From sequence record SRR31156797_4840: DNA of 64,000 nucleotides. One strand, written 5' to 3'. Numbering within the stretch: the first letter of the stretch is position 1; every line of letters begins with the position of its first letter. Position numbers and translations under genes: made by a program. Below the pieces are notes generated by a model. That model was not told where the DNA came from. It saw nothing but the letters and a program-made list of their open reading frames with translations, and did no database searches. Below, piece after piece: positions 41,227 through 51,942 of this stretch.

Positions 41227-41466
41227 GTGAAGAAAAGACCGGTAAAAAAACAGTTCAAAGGATATGAGTGGTTTGTTTTTCGCCATCATGGTAAAGTTAA
41301 AGAAAGTTTAACAATAAGCGAAAAAAAACAAAAAGTAAAGGGGTTTCATTTTGACAAAAACGTCCATTTGTCAAAAGGACTTTTCTTGGTCGATCGTAGC
41401 CGTTGGCGGCGGGGGAAAAACATGGTAAATTATCCTTCGACGAAGAACTAGTGGGGGAAGAAAAAA

Positions 41467-44172
41467 ATGAATAAACTAAAGAATGTTTTCTATTTATATA
41501 AACTGGACTGGAAACGAATTTTCAGCAATCCAATCTCTGCATTTTTGATCATTGCCTTAATGATCTTACCCTCGCTTTATGCGTGGTTCAATATCAAAGC
41601 ACTTTGGGATCCATATGGCAACACCAGTGAATTGCCAATCGCCGTGTATAGTGCGGATAAAGGGGCAGAATTTCAAGGCAAGCATATCGATATCGGTGAT
41701 GAAGTCATCGACACCCTCCATGATAACAAACAGTTAGGCTGGCGTTTCGTGGATTCAAAAGAGGACTTGGTAGAAGGGGTCAAATCAGGAAAGTATTACG
41801 CCGGTATTTATCTGCCAGCTGATTTTTCAGATGATCTGATCAGCTTTACCAGCGGGACAATTGAAAAACCGACCATTGAGTATTACAGCAACCAAAAAAT
41901 CAACGCCATCGCACCAAAAATCACCGAAAAAGGAGCCAGCAGTCTTCAAGAAGAAATCTCGCAAAACTTTATTGAGACTGCCAGCTCTACGTTAATAAAA
42001 GTCTTCAATGAAATCGGCTATGACATTGATTCCAACTTAGTCAGCATCAACAAAGTCAAATCCATGATCTTAGATACCGATGACAATTTGGCTACGATCG
42101 ACGGTTATACGAAAGAGATCGTCACCTTGCACGATAAGTTTCCAGAAATCAAGGAAAAGATCGCAAAAGCTGAAGAATTTACCGATTATATCCCGCAAGT
42201 GGATGCCATGGGGGAAAAACTGATTGGCCTAAACGATAAGCTGCCGACATTGAAGAAAGAAGCCAGCATCATTTTGACCTTGCAAGAGAAGATCCCAGAG
42301 ATCCAAAATGCCGGCAAACAATTGAAGATGATCGATGATGATTTTGATGACATTGCCAGCACCATGACGGACGGCATCGATACCGCCAAACAAGGACTGC
42401 AAGTCATCGAACAAGTTCAAGCCGCGTTACCACAGATCGAACAACTAGGCGACCAAGCCGCCAGCTTCGCCACAGCGACCAAAGATGGGGCGCAACAGTT
42501 GCAAGATGCCCTGCCAAGTATTTCTAGCAGTGTGAAGGTGACGATTGAGTCGATCAGTCAAGTGGCAACAACTACTGCTGGGCTGACAAGTACGATTCGT
42601 CAAGCACTAGCTGACAATGAACTAACGGATGAAGAGCGTCAAGCAATCAGTGCAACGATCACTGACTTTCAAAAGAACATCCAGCAACAACAAGCAGCCT
42701 TGGATTCCTTGATTGCCTTTTTAACCAATATTCAGAATTCCGGTAGTAACGCCGATTTAGAAGGTATCATTACGCAACTAAGCAATGCTAAAACATCGCT
42801 AGGAGTTTTATCTGACCGCTTATCGCAATTGAATAACCTTGTTCAAAATGGGTCTGTTGATGAAATTACAGCGTACCTCGATCAAGTTACCGCAGCTGCT
42901 CAAAACATCGCTGATCTTATGAACAGCATCAATGTTGATTCAATCACTGCAACCATCAACGACATTCTAACCAAACTAATCGAAACCATCACCACTGCCG
43001 AAGATGTCTTGAAAAAAGCCCAAGAAATCGATTTTGACTCGTTGCTGTCTTCCACCAAATCAGTGGTCAGCAATGCCGTGACGATTTTGGAAAAATACCA
43101 AAAAGAATTGCCTGCCATCAAGCAAGAATTGCACGATGCCAATACGATGCTGAATGGTCATATGGATGAAATCGTCAATGCCATCAATAAAGGAGCCGAC
43201 CTTTACAACAACGAATTGCCAGTTGTCGAAGAAAAATTAGGGTTGGCCGTAGACTTCTTGCAAAACGATTGGCCAACCATCAAATCAGAAATCAGTTCTA
43301 CGATGGCGATGGTGGATGAAAAACTGCCAGAAGTTGAAAAAGCCTTGGATGCGGCTGTTGATTTAATCAATAACGATTGGCCAAGTATCAAAGCAGGCAT
43401 CCACAAAGCAGCTGATGCGATCCGAGCAGGAGAAAATGAAGTCGATCTTGGGGAGGTCATCAAATTATTGAAACTTGATGCCACGGATGAAGCCGACTTC
43501 TTCAAACAACCAGTGGAATTAAAAAGCAATGAAATCTACCCAATCGCCAACAATGGTTCAGCGAGCACACCATTTTATACCGCATTGTGTTTGTGGGTAG
43601 GGGCATTATTATTGTCAAGTGTCGCTACAACGGAGTATCATTTAGAGAAGAAAGACAAAAAACGCTTTACACAACGTGAAACCTTTGTGGCACGGATGCT
43701 GACGTTCTTGACGATGGCAGTCGCCCAAAGTTTGATCGTGACCCTAGGAAATATGTTTTTATTAGGCGTCGATGTCCACAACCCTGTGTACAGTGTCTTC
43801 TTCGCATTACTCGTCGGACTCGCCTTTATGATGATCGTCTACGTACTGGCGGGACTGTTCGGCAACCTCGGGAAAGGGATCGCCATCATTATTTTGGTTC
43901 TCTCCATTTCAGGTGGGGGAGGAAACTACCCAATCCAAGTCTCTGGGAAGTTCTTCCAATTCATTAATCCGCTGCTGCCATTTACCCATGCAGTCAATCT
44001 GTTAAGAGAATCAGCTGGCGGGATCTATTGGCCAAATGCCGTGCCACAATTGGTTATTTTAACAATTTTGTTCCTGGTCTTTGGGATCGTCGGTACCTAC
44101 GCGTATCCTTATCTAGTCAACTCTACGAAGAAATTAAGCGACATTTCCAAAGAAAGTCATTTCTTCCACTAA
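41467..44172 (+). CDS. pip: Phage infection protein (YhgE/Pip family)
   Basis: '[20 protein letters not shown]', '[12 protein letters not shown]', long helical ectodomain, '[11 protein letters not shown]', C-terminal TMs. Confidence 0.92.
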   Translation: MNKLKNVFYLYKLDWKRIFSNPISAFLIIALMILPSLYAWFNIKALWDPYGNTSELPIAVYSADKGAEFQGKHIDIGDEVIDTLHDNKQLGWRFVDSKEDLVEGVKSGKYYAGIYLPADFSDDLISFTSGTIEKPTIEYYSNQKINAIAPKITEKGASSLQEEISQNFIETASSTLIKVFNEIGYDIDSNLVSINKVKSMILDTDDNLATIDGYTKEIVTLHDKFPEIKEKIAKAEEFTDYIPQVDAMGEKLIGLNDKLPTLKKEASIILTLQEKIPEIQNAGKQLKMIDDDFDDIASTMTDGIDTAKQGLQVIEQVQAALPQIEQLGDQAASFATATKDGAQQLQDALPSISSSVKVTIESISQVATTTAGLTSTIRQALADNELTDEERQAISATITDFQKNIQQQQAALDSLIAFLTNIQNSGSNADLEGIITQLSNAKTSLGVLSDRLSQLNNLVQNGSVDEITAYLDQVTAAAQNIADLMNSINVDSITATINDILTKLIETITTAEDVLKKAQEIDFDSLLSSTKSVVSNAVTILEKYQKELPAIKQELHDANTMLNGHMDEIVNAINKGADLYNNELPVVEEKLGLAVDFLQNDWPTIKSEISSTMAMVDEKLPEVEKALDAAVDLINNDWPSIKAGIHKAADAIRAGENEVDLGEVIKLLKLDATDEADFFKQPVELKSNEIYPIANNGSASTPFYTALCLWVGALLLSSVATTEYHLEKKDKKRFTQRETFVARMLTFLTMAVAQSLIVTLGNMFLLGVDVHNPVYSVFFALLVGLAFMMIVYVLAGLFGNLGKGIAIIILVLSISGGGGNYPIQVSGKFFQFINPLLPFTHAVNLLRESAGGIYWPNAVPQLVILTILFLVFGIVGTYAYPYLVNSTKKLSDISKESHFFH

Positions 44173-44177
44173 CATCG

Positions 44178-44211
44178 AAAAGCAGAAAGAGCATTTGTTC
44201 TTTCTGCTTTT
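44178..44211 (+). terminator. Terminator after pip
   Basis: AAAAGCAGAAAGAGC attt GTTCTTTCTGCTTTT. Confidence 0.8.
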
Positions 44212-44389
44212 GTGCCATCACGTGAAATTTCTAATAATCAAAAGAGGGAAAAAGGATCGTTTTTTCATCTGATTTTCATTGACTTTTCGCGGTTACAAGA
44301 GTAGCATACAGTCTTGATAATTCAATATTTGTGAGGATATCGTTACAAGTTTAACGAAGGATTTTTTCATGAAAAGGAGTGTAGAAAAA

Positions 44390-46213
44390 GTGGAGTATTT
44401 GAAACGTTTGTTGGTCGGACGTCCATTGAAATCCGCAGAGAATGATGAACAAAAACTGAGCCGGACGGCGGCCCTTGCGTTGCTATCTTCTGATGCTTTG
44501 TCTTCGATTGCTTATGGGACAGAGCAGATCGTTGTCGTATTAGTGGCACTTTCCGCTGCTGCTATCTGGTATTCATTGCCGATCGCTGCTTTTGTTATTA
44601 TTCTTTTGATTTCATTGACCTTGTCTTACCGCCAGATCATTCATGCTTACCCTCACGGCGGTGGGGCATATGTAGTAAGTAGTGAAAATTTAGGGAAAAA
44701 TGCGGGCCTGATTGCCGGCGGCTCTCTATTGATCGATTATATGCTGACAGTGGCAGTATCCGTCTCAGCAGGGGCAGAAGCCATCACTTCAGCTGTGCCG
44801 GCGTTGTTCGGTCATCAAGTGGCCATTTCTGTCGTGATCGTAATCTTGATCATGATGATGAATCTGCGAGGGTTGCGAGAATCAGCTAGCTTCTTGATGA
44901 TTCCTGTCTACACCTTTATCGCAGTGATCACAGTCTTGATCGTGGTCGGTTTGTACAATATCGTAACGGGTGCGCAACCGTTAAATGCAACCGCACTACC
45001 GGGAGCTGTCGTACCTGGGGTATCCGTGGCCTTGATTTTACGGGCTTTCTCATCAGGTTCCTCTTCTTTGACAGGGGTCGAAGCGATCAGTAATGCTGTG
45101 CCGTTTTTCAAAAAACCACGGGCGAAAAATGCAGCTGCGACCTTGACAATCATGGCGTCGATTTTAGGATTCTTCTTTGTCGGCATCACTTTTATCAACT
45201 ATTGGTATGGTATCGTACCAGAAACAGAAGTGACCGTCCTATCTCAAATCGGTTCCGCCGTTTTTGGTCATGGGTTTATGTACTACGTTTTGCAATTTGC
45301 TACAGCACTGATTTTAGCAGTTGCCGCAAATACCGGATTTTCAGCTTTCCCCGTGTTGGCGTATAACCTAGCGAAAGACAAATATATGCCGCATATGTAT
45401 CAAGACCGTGGGGACCGTCTTGGCTATTCGAACGGAATCATCACCTTGGCTGCTGGTTCCATCGTATTATTGTTTATCTTCCAAGGATCGACCGAGCGTT
45501 TGATTCCTTTGTATTCCATTGGGGTATTTATTCCTTTTGCCTTGTCCCAAAGCGGAATGGTGATCAAATGGAGAAAAGAAGGCAAAGGCTGGTTCTTTAA
45601 ATCGATCGCCAACATCGTTGGGGCTTTGATTTCCTTTGCGATCATTGCCATCTTGTTCGTGTATCGCTTAGGCGATATTTGGCCATTCTTTATTATCATG
45701 CCGATCCTCTTGTATATCTTTTACAAGATCCATGATCATTATAAGAAAGTCGCAGAACAGCTGCGGTTGGAAAAACAAGAAGCACTACATGTTTATGAAG
45801 GAAATACCGTGATCGTTTTAGTCGGAAATGTTACCCGAGTAAATATCGGCGCATTGAACTATGCCCAATCGATTGGTGATTATGTCGTAGCGATGCACGT
45901 ATCGTTGGATGAAGATGTGAAGAAAGAAAAAGAAATCGAACAAGAATTTAAGCAAAAATTCCCAGACGTGCGTTTCTCCGTCGTTCATTCTTCTTATCGT
46001 TCGATTGAAAATCCTATCTTACGTTATGTGGATCTAGTCAGCCGCAATGCAGCCAAACACAATTACACAACGACCGTTATCATTCCCCAGTTTGTCCCAA
46101 GACGTCGCTGGCAAAATATTTTGCACAACCAAACAAGTCTGCGCTTGCGTTTCAGACTCTCTTGGCGTGAAAACATCATTGTAAGTACGTACAGTTACCA
46201 TTTGAAGAAATAA
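44390..46213 (+). CDS. kimA: APC/KUP-family K+ transporter, KimA (YdaO)-like
   Basis: 'LSSDALSSIAYGTE', 'AYPHGGGAY', 'LTGVEAISN', 'LIPLYSIGVF', cytosolic 'LHNQTS'. Confidence 0.8.
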   Translation: MEYLKRLLVGRPLKSAENDEQKLSRTAALALLSSDALSSIAYGTEQIVVVLVALSAAAIWYSLPIAAFVIILLISLTLSYRQIIHAYPHGGGAYVVSSENLGKNAGLIAGGSLLIDYMLTVAVSVSAGAEAITSAVPALFGHQVAISVVIVILIMMMNLRGLRESASFLMIPVYTFIAVITVLIVVGLYNIVTGAQPLNATALPGAVVPGVSVALILRAFSSGSSSLTGVEAISNAVPFFKKPRAKNAAATLTIMASILGFFFVGITFINYWYGIVPETEVTVLSQIGSAVFGHGFMYYVLQFATALILAVAANTGFSAFPVLAYNLAKDKYMPHMYQDRGDRLGYSNGIITLAAGSIVLLFIFQGSTERLIPLYSIGVFIPFALSQSGMVIKWRKEGKGWFFKSIANIVGALISFAIIAILFVYRLGDIWPFFIIMPILLYIFYKIHDHYKKVAEQLRLEKQEALHVYEGNTVIVLVGNVTRVNIGALNYAQSIGDYVVAMHVSLDEDVKKEKEIEQEFKQKFPDVRFSVVHSSYRSIENPILRYVDLVSRNAAKHNYTTTVIIPQFVPRRRWQNILHNQTSLRLRFRLSWRENIIVSTYSYHLKK

Positions 46214-46214
46214 C

Positions 46215-46288
46215 AAAAACGCTAGTTTAGCGACCTGATTCCCAAAAGAAATGTTTGGGTCAGCCGCTAAGACTAGCGTTTTTTTTTA
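46215..46288. terminator. Long compound bidirectional hairpin/terminator
   Basis: AAAAACGCTAGT-TTAGCG...CCCAAA...TTTGGG...CGCTAA-G-ACTAGCGTTTTT between convergent genes. Confidence 0.8.
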
Positions 46289-47176
46289 GCTATAAAACAT
46301 TTTTAGTTTGATATCTTGATCGTAATTCCCAAACCCCTTGCCAAAGAGGGTACAACCGCCGACATGCTCGGCATCTTCTTTGACTTCCACTTTTAAATGC
46401 CACGTATCTTCGTAGGCAGGTATATCCTTGATCGTAATGTCGGAAAGAGGAACACCTTCCATGTAGGTTCCATGATCCATGATGCGGATCGTCTTCAATA
46501 ACCCGTACTGATTAAGATTGTCTGGATACCAATCCGGTGTATACTTTCCACGAATGTCTGCAAAATCCCCTGGGCTAGTCCATGTACCAAGCTCCACACC
46601 ATTTAAGCTGAAGGTGATGTCTGAAGGCCAGTTGTTATTGGAAAAAGGAAATTCAGACGAAACCTCCATTGAGATCTCCATCATTTCGAGTTTTTCTTCT
46701 TTTGCTAAGAAGTTTGGCGATTGGTATTCTACAAATCCTTTCGTAAACCACAAGATGCGGGCATCCATTCGTCGGGGATCCATGAAAAACTTCGGTTCAT
46801 CTACCATTCCCACAAAATCAGCTGAAGTAGCAAGCCCACACGTTGGTTCTACCGAATAATTTGTATAATGACCGATCGGTATCGCCGTTTCTTTCGTATC
46901 AAAGGCATTAAAGATTTTCTCAGGAAAGTTGATATCGATATGGTCCACTCTCAAACTGGAAATCTTTTTTTGCCCCACACGCTCTGTTTTGATGATTTTG
47001 GCTTCTTCTAATTTTTTGATATGCATCGTAATGATAGCGCTGCTTAAGCCTAACTCTTGTGCCAACTCTTTGACATTCATCTTGTTTTTAGCCAGCAATT
47101 GAATGATTTTGATTCGCACGTTACTGGCAAGTGCCTCATAGACAGGCAATGCTTCTTGATTGATTTCTAATTGCAT
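46286..47176 (-). CDS. ArsR-HTH regulator with a large C-terminal domain (COG4189-like)
   Basis: 'ALASNVRIKIIQLL...ELAQELGLS..IITMHIKKLE', then 'PTCGLA', 'WPSDITF', 'WTSPGDF', 'QYGLLK'. Confidence 0.8.
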   Translation of the reverse strand: MQLEINQEALPVYEALASNVRIKIIQLLAKNKMNVKELAQELGLSSAIITMHIKKLEEAKIIKTERVGQKKISSLRVDHIDINFPEKIFNAFDTKETAIPIGHYTNYSVEPTCGLATSADFVGMVDEPKFFMDPRRMDARILWFTKGFVEYQSPNFLAKEEKLEMMEISMEVSSEFPFSNNNWPSDITFSLNGVELGTWTSPGDFADIRGKYTPDWYPDNLNQYGLLKTIRIMDHGTYMEGVPLSDITIKDIPAYEDTWHLKVEVKEDAEHVGGCTLFGKGFGNYDQDIKLKMFYS

Positions 47177-47299
47177 CGTGTCACCTCCGCTTAAACTGTT
47201 TGATTTACTTGAATGTTAACATATTTGCTAATTTGTGTAAATAGCGTTGTTTATTTCGCTAGTTATTAATATATTTATTAATTAACATAGATATTACCC

Positions 47300-47377
47300 T
47301 TGATAAATTAATCAAAATATTGTTGACAGCGATTACAAATCAAGTTATGATTTATTTGTAAATTGAAAGTGTTTGCA
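47300..47377 (+). promoter_or_regulatory. Arabinan operon promoter with cre and candidate operators
   Basis: TTGACA 47323-47328, 17 nt, TATGAT 47346-47351; cre TGACAGCGATTACA 47324-47337; inverted repeat TTACAAAT-N13-ATTTGTAA 47333-47361. Confidence 0.7.
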
Positions 47378-47493
47378 AACGCTAGAAATGAATAATGCAA
47401 TTATAAATGCTGGGATAGCAAATAAGAGAAGGAGGATAGGCGTGTGTTCGGCTTCAAAGACCAAAATTCAATTTCTATGAAAGAGGGAAAAAC

Positions 47494-48744
47494 ATGAAGA
47501 AGAAACTTATTATTATTGGTGCTTTAGTTGCAGTCGTTGCAGTTGCCCTTATTGGTTTTAATCGTTATCAGGCAGCGGAAAAAGAAAAATACACGATTAA
47601 TTTTTGGTCACCCCTTACTGGTGATGATGGCGCTTATATGGATCAGATCGTAAATGAATTCAATGAACAATCAGGTTCCGATTATACAATCAATCATGTG
47701 ATCACGTCTGATATGTATACTAAATTAAGTACGGTTGTTAGTTCTAAAAGTGGGATTCCAGATTTGACTTTGATGCATTCTTATAAAGTAGAGGAATTTG
47801 TCAATTCCGATATTATTGATCCGGTTGATCGTCTGGTTTCTTATCAACCTGAGTTAGAAGAAAGCAATTATTTAGATACAGCGTGGAATGCAGGAAAAAT
47901 CGGCGATACTCAATATACGATCCCATTAGATATCCATGCCAGTGCCATGTATTACAATCAAGATCTTTTAGAAAAATACAATGTCACTTCTTGGCTAGAC
48001 GATAACATCGTGACGTTTGATGAAATGATGTCATTAGCAGGGCAGATGGAAGAAGGCGATTATGTCGTAAATAATGCGTTACTTTCTTGGGTTATCTTAG
48101 CGCAAATCCGTAACTTAGGTGGCGCAATTTCTGACGATGCTGGGAACCCGACGGTGAATACGCCAGAAATGAAAGAAGCGTTAGAAAAAATTAAAGCGTT
48201 AACAGATGCAGGTTTGATGACACCTTATGGAGAAGATGGGTATTTGATGTTCCAAGGCGGAAACGTACTCTTATCAACAGATGGTACTTGGACTTCCACC
48301 GCTCATGATGCGGTTGAGGGCTTGAATTGGGGCGTAACAAATATTTATTCGACTTCAGATGACATCGCAACTAACCGAGCAGCTTCTCATATGTTTGGCA
48401 TGTTGAAGAGTGAAAGCAGAACAGAAGAAAAAGAAGAAGTAATCGCACAATTTTTAGAATTCGTTCGTACAAACTCGATCGAATGGGCAAAAGCCGGTCA
48501 AATCGTTGCAAGTAAAGATATTTTAGAAAGTGATGATTACCAACAATACCCACAATCATTCTTTACTTCTACACCAGAGGAAGAAGAAACACTTTACATC
48601 TTTGACTACGTTTATTTCTCTTATGTCTTAGAAGCATTAGATGTTTATAGTACAGATATCGCTTACGGTGAATTAGATATGGATGAAGGATTAGCAACGA
48701 TGCAACAATATGTCGAAGATAAGATTGCAGAAGTAGCTAGATAA
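47494..48744 (+). CDS. Oligosaccharide ABC transporter binding protein (CUT1; probably arabino-oligosaccharides)
   Basis: 'FWSPLTGDDG', 'PDL', 'YTIPLD', 'MYYNQDLL', 'DGTW'; hydrophobic N-terminus with no Cys. Confidence 0.85.
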   Translation: MKKKLIIIGALVAVVAVALIGFNRYQAAEKEKYTINFWSPLTGDDGAYMDQIVNEFNEQSGSDYTINHVITSDMYTKLSTVVSSKSGIPDLTLMHSYKVEEFVNSDIIDPVDRLVSYQPELEESNYLDTAWNAGKIGDTQYTIPLDIHASAMYYNQDLLEKYNVTSWLDDNIVTFDEMMSLAGQMEEGDYVVNNALLSWVILAQIRNLGGAISDDAGNPTVNTPEMKEALEKIKALTDAGLMTPYGEDGYLMFQGGNVLLSTDGTWTSTAHDAVEGLNWGVTNIYSTSDDIATNRAASHMFGMLKSESRTEEKEEVIAQFLEFVRTNSIEWAKAGQIVASKDILESDDYQQYPQSFFTSTPEEEETLYIFDYVYFSYVLEALDVYSTDIAYGELDMDEGLATMQQYVEDKIAEVAR

Positions 48745-48790
48745 GTGAAGGGGGGATAATTCTATCCCCTTTTCCAATTTTTAGAAGGGA

Positions 48791-49681
48791 ATGAAAGGAA
48801 TGAAAAAAAAGAGCATTAACTGGGCATCAATCGCATTCATTGGACCACACATGGTACTCTTTATTATTTTTGTATGTATTCCAACGATCTATGGTATTTA
48901 TGCTTCATTTACGCAATGGAATTTGATCTCTGATCCAGTCTGGGTCGGTTTTAACAACTATAAAACATTATTGTTTGATAGTTCCTCGACATTCTATACC
49001 CAATTTTGGAATGGTTTGAAAAATACCTTTATTTTCGTTTTGATCATGGTGCCGTTACAAATCATCATTCCACTGATGATTGCAGCTGCATTGCAACATA
49101 AAAAAGTGAAGCTGAAAGGACTTTTTCAAGCAATTCTATATATTCCAGGTCTTATCTCTGTTTCAGCAGGTTCTTTGATCTGGTCATTGATTTTCCACTC
49201 TCGATTAGGTGCCATCAATAATATTTTTGGGTTCGATTTCTCTTGGGCTTCGCGACAACCCTATGCATGGATCTTGATTTTTGTTGTCAGCATTTGGGGA
49301 TCGATCGGTGGTAACATGATCATTTATCGCTCAGCTTTAGCGGGTGTCAATGAAGACCTTTATGAAGCGGCAGAGATCGACGGAGCTGGAGCATTCCAAA
49401 AATTCTTGAATGTGACCTTGCCATCTATTCGCTTTCCACTGTTATATACGATCGTGATGACAACTGCTGGAGCATTTAATGTCTTTGCACAGCCTTTGAT
49501 GATGACAGGTGGAGGTCCAAACCAAAGCACGACTGTATTGATGATGTATATCCGCTCACTGGCTTTTAGTCAAGGAGAATCAATTGCAGGAATGGCTTCG
49601 GCAATGGCAGTCATCTTAGGATTGATCATTATGTGTGTGTCCGTATTTCAATATTTTCTTTTAGATAGAAGCAATACTTAA
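48791..49681 (+). CDS. Sugar ABC permease
   Basis: 'VGFNNY', EAA loop 'LYEAAEIDGAG', 'TGGGP'. Confidence 0.92.
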   Translation: MKGMKKKSINWASIAFIGPHMVLFIIFVCIPTIYGIYASFTQWNLISDPVWVGFNNYKTLLFDSSSTFYTQFWNGLKNTFIFVLIMVPLQIIIPLMIAAALQHKKVKLKGLFQAILYIPGLISVSAGSLIWSLIFHSRLGAINNIFGFDFSWASRQPYAWILIFVVSIWGSIGGNMIIYRSALAGVNEDLYEAAEIDGAGAFQKFLNVTLPSIRFPLLYTIVMTTAGAFNVFAQPLMMTGGGPNQSTTVLMMYIRSLAFSQGESIAGMASAMAVILGLIIMCVSVFQYFLLDRSNT

Positions 49682-49693
49682 GGGGGCAAAAAA

Positions 49694-50545
49694 ATGAATA
49701 TACAAAAGAAACATATACCTAGTATGGTCATCGCATATTTGTTTCTGATCGTTTTATGTATCATCTGGGTTATTCCATTGATTTTTAGCTTTGCCACTTC
49801 TTTTCGTTCTCAAACCGAAATCGTCTCTACTGGGTTTCGTTTATTACCCGTAAACTGGATATTAGATAACTATGTAGCGATTTTGACTAATACGTCTACT
49901 GCACCAATTATGCAGTGGTTATGGAATTCAATGTTTATCGCAGTCACGCACACTGTTTTAGTTGTGATCGTTGTTTCAGTGACCGCTTATGGCTATGGCA
50001 GAATGCGGTTTAAATACCGTGATCGTATCTTTTATCTTTTGATGGGGATCTCGATGTTTCCCGGTGTAGTGAATTTGATCCCGTCTTACAAAATCATTGA
50101 AACCTTCGGCTGGGTCAACTCTTCTCTTGCTATGATTATTCCAGGCTTAGCAGGGATGGGAAATATCTTTCTTGTGCGACAGTTTATGAAAGGTATCCCG
50201 CTTGAATTTGACGAGTCAGCACGAATGGATGGTGCAGATGAATTTACAATTTTTGCAGAGATCATCGTTCCTTTGATCAAACCTGTGTTGATCGTTGCAG
50301 GCCTCTTTTCTTTCACAGGCTCATGGAATGATTTCTTGTGGCCAGTGATCGTGTATACGGATGTTAGTAAGATGCCGATTACAGCCGGTTTGCTATTACT
50401 ACAAGACATTTATGGCAACTACCGAATGATTGGTCAATTGATGGGCTCGGCATTGATTGCGATCATTCCAACCGTCATGCTGTTTCTATTTGCTCAAAAA
50501 TACTTCATTGAATCTATGAACTTAAATGCAGGAATAAAAGGATAG
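49694..50545 (+). CDS. Sugar ABC permease
   Basis: EAA loop 'ESARMDGA', 'WNDFLWP', 'AGIKG'. Confidence 0.92.
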   Translation: MNIQKKHIPSMVIAYLFLIVLCIIWVIPLIFSFATSFRSQTEIVSTGFRLLPVNWILDNYVAILTNTSTAPIMQWLWNSMFIAVTHTVLVVIVVSVTAYGYGRMRFKYRDRIFYLLMGISMFPGVVNLIPSYKIIETFGWVNSSLAMIIPGLAGMGNIFLVRQFMKGIPLEFDESARMDGADEFTIFAEIIVPLIKPVLIVAGLFSFTGSWNDFLWPVIVYTDVSKMPITAGLLLLQDIYGNYRMIGQLMGSALIAIIPTVMLFLFAQKYFIESMNLNAGIKG

Positions 50546-50970
50546 TGAAGATCATGAATCGAAAATTGGAAAGAAATTTACTACGTGCCAGTGCGGTCTG
50601 GGATGTCTGTATTGGTCTCGTAACGATGTTTGGGTATTATCCTTGGTTTGAAGAACAAGGGATCGCAGCATTTCAAAATCAAAATCAGTATGAATACTTG
50701 CAGTCAAGTCTGGTAGGAATGATATCGAAGGTAGTTATGATCGTTGCGTTAGCGACGATTTTGATGGGCGTTATCAGTTGGATCAACGCGAAGAATATGC
50801 GAGACAAACAAATAAACAAAGGAACGATACGTTGGATGATCGCCTGTGTCATCATCCATTTGATCATCTATGATGTGATCGGTGTCGTCCTCTATTTACT
50901 AGCTACGACGATGTATATGTCTAAAAACAAAGCAATAAAAATACTAAAAACGGAAAATGGAATTTTTTAA
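50545..50970 (+). CDS. Small multi-TM membrane protein of unknown function
   Basis: Three to four hydrophobic segments; abuts the permease stop inside the operon. Confidence 0.7.
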   Translation: MKIMNRKLERNLLRASAVWDVCIGLVTMFGYYPWFEEQGIAAFQNQNQYEYLQSSLVGMISKVVMIVALATILMGVISWINAKNMRDKQINKGTIRWMIACVIIHLIIYDVIGVVLYLLATTMYMSKNKAIKILKTENGIF

Positions 50971-50985
50971 GAAGGTGTAGAATTT

Positions 50986-51942
50986 ATGGCAGAAAATTAT
51001 TTGGAACCGATTGTATTAGAACGTGCAGACCCATGGATATACAAGCATACCGATGGATATTATTACTTCACTGGATCAAAACCAGGGTATCAGGAAATCG
51101 AATTAAGGCGTGCGAAAACCTTGAAAGGTCTGGCTGACAGTGAAGTGAAAGTCATCTGGACGGCTCATGCCGAAGGCCCCATGAGTGAGCTGATCTGGGC
51201 ACCAGAGATTCATTTTATTCAAGGAAAATGGTACATCTATTTTGCTGCTGCAGATCATGGAGAAGTCAGAAATGATCAGCATCATCATCGGATGTTTGCG
51301 ATCGAAAATGCGAATGAAGATCCCTTTGCAGGCGAGTGGGTAGAAAAAGGACAGATCGAGACGCAATTTGAGAGTTTCAGTTTAGATGCTACGGTATTTG
51401 AACACAGGAACCGATTGTATTATGTCTGGGCACAAGCAGATCCAAACATTCCAGGCAATTCCAATCTTTATTTATCAGAGATGGAAAATCCTTGGACATT
51501 GAAAGGAAAGCAGATTCTGCTGAGCATTCCTTATTATGAATGGGAAAAAATCGGCTTCAAAGTGAACGAAGCTCCAGCTGCTTTGATTAGAAATGGAAAA
51601 GTGATCATTACTTATTCAGCCAGTGCGACGGATGAAAACTACGCAATGGGACTGTTGTGGGCAGATGAGGATAGTGATCTATTGAATGGGTATTCTTGGC
51701 ATAAGTTGAAGGAACCAGTCTTTTCAAGTTCTGAACAAAATTCCCTATACGGACCAGGACATAACTCCTTTACAGTCGATGAGGAGGGGAAACAAGATAT
51801 CTTAGTGTATCATGCAAGACCAGAAAAAAATGATTACAGTAATCCTTTAGAAAATCCCAATCGACATGCGTACGTCCAACCGTTTACTTGGAAGAAAAAT
51901 GGATTGCCTGATTTTGGCGAACCCGGTGTAGTCAAAGGATAG
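50986..51942 (+). CDS. GH43 alpha-L-arabinofuranosidase (intracellular, exo-1,5 type)
   Basis: 'RADPWI', 'IWAPEIH', 'FSLDAT', 'VNEAP', 'GPGHNSF'. Confidence 0.88.
   Translation: MAENYLEPIVLERADPWIYKHTDGYYYFTGSKPGYQEIELRRAKTLKGLADSEVKVIWTAHAEGPMSELIWAPEIHFIQGKWYIYFAAADHGEVRNDQHHHRMFAIENANEDPFAGEWVEKGQIETQFESFSLDATVFEHRNRLYYVWAQADPNIPGNSNLYLSEMENPWTLKGKQILLSIPYYEWEKIGFKVNEAPAALIRNGKVIITYSASATDENYAMGLLWADEDSDLLNGYSWHKLKEPVFSSSEQNSLYGPGHNSFTVDEEGKQDILVYHARPEKNDYSNPLENPNRHAYVQPFTWKKNGLPDFGEPGVVKG

Noticed and set aside
41203..41451. 82-aa ORF upstream of pip
   Set aside because: It starts within a terminator, lacks an RBS, and its Lys/Phe bias reflects AT-rich promoter DNA.
44212..44390. c-di-AMP (ydaO) riboswitch upstream of kimA
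   Set aside because: Expected from Bacillus, but I see no conserved ydaO motifs or terminator, and the leader after the TTGACT promoter is short.
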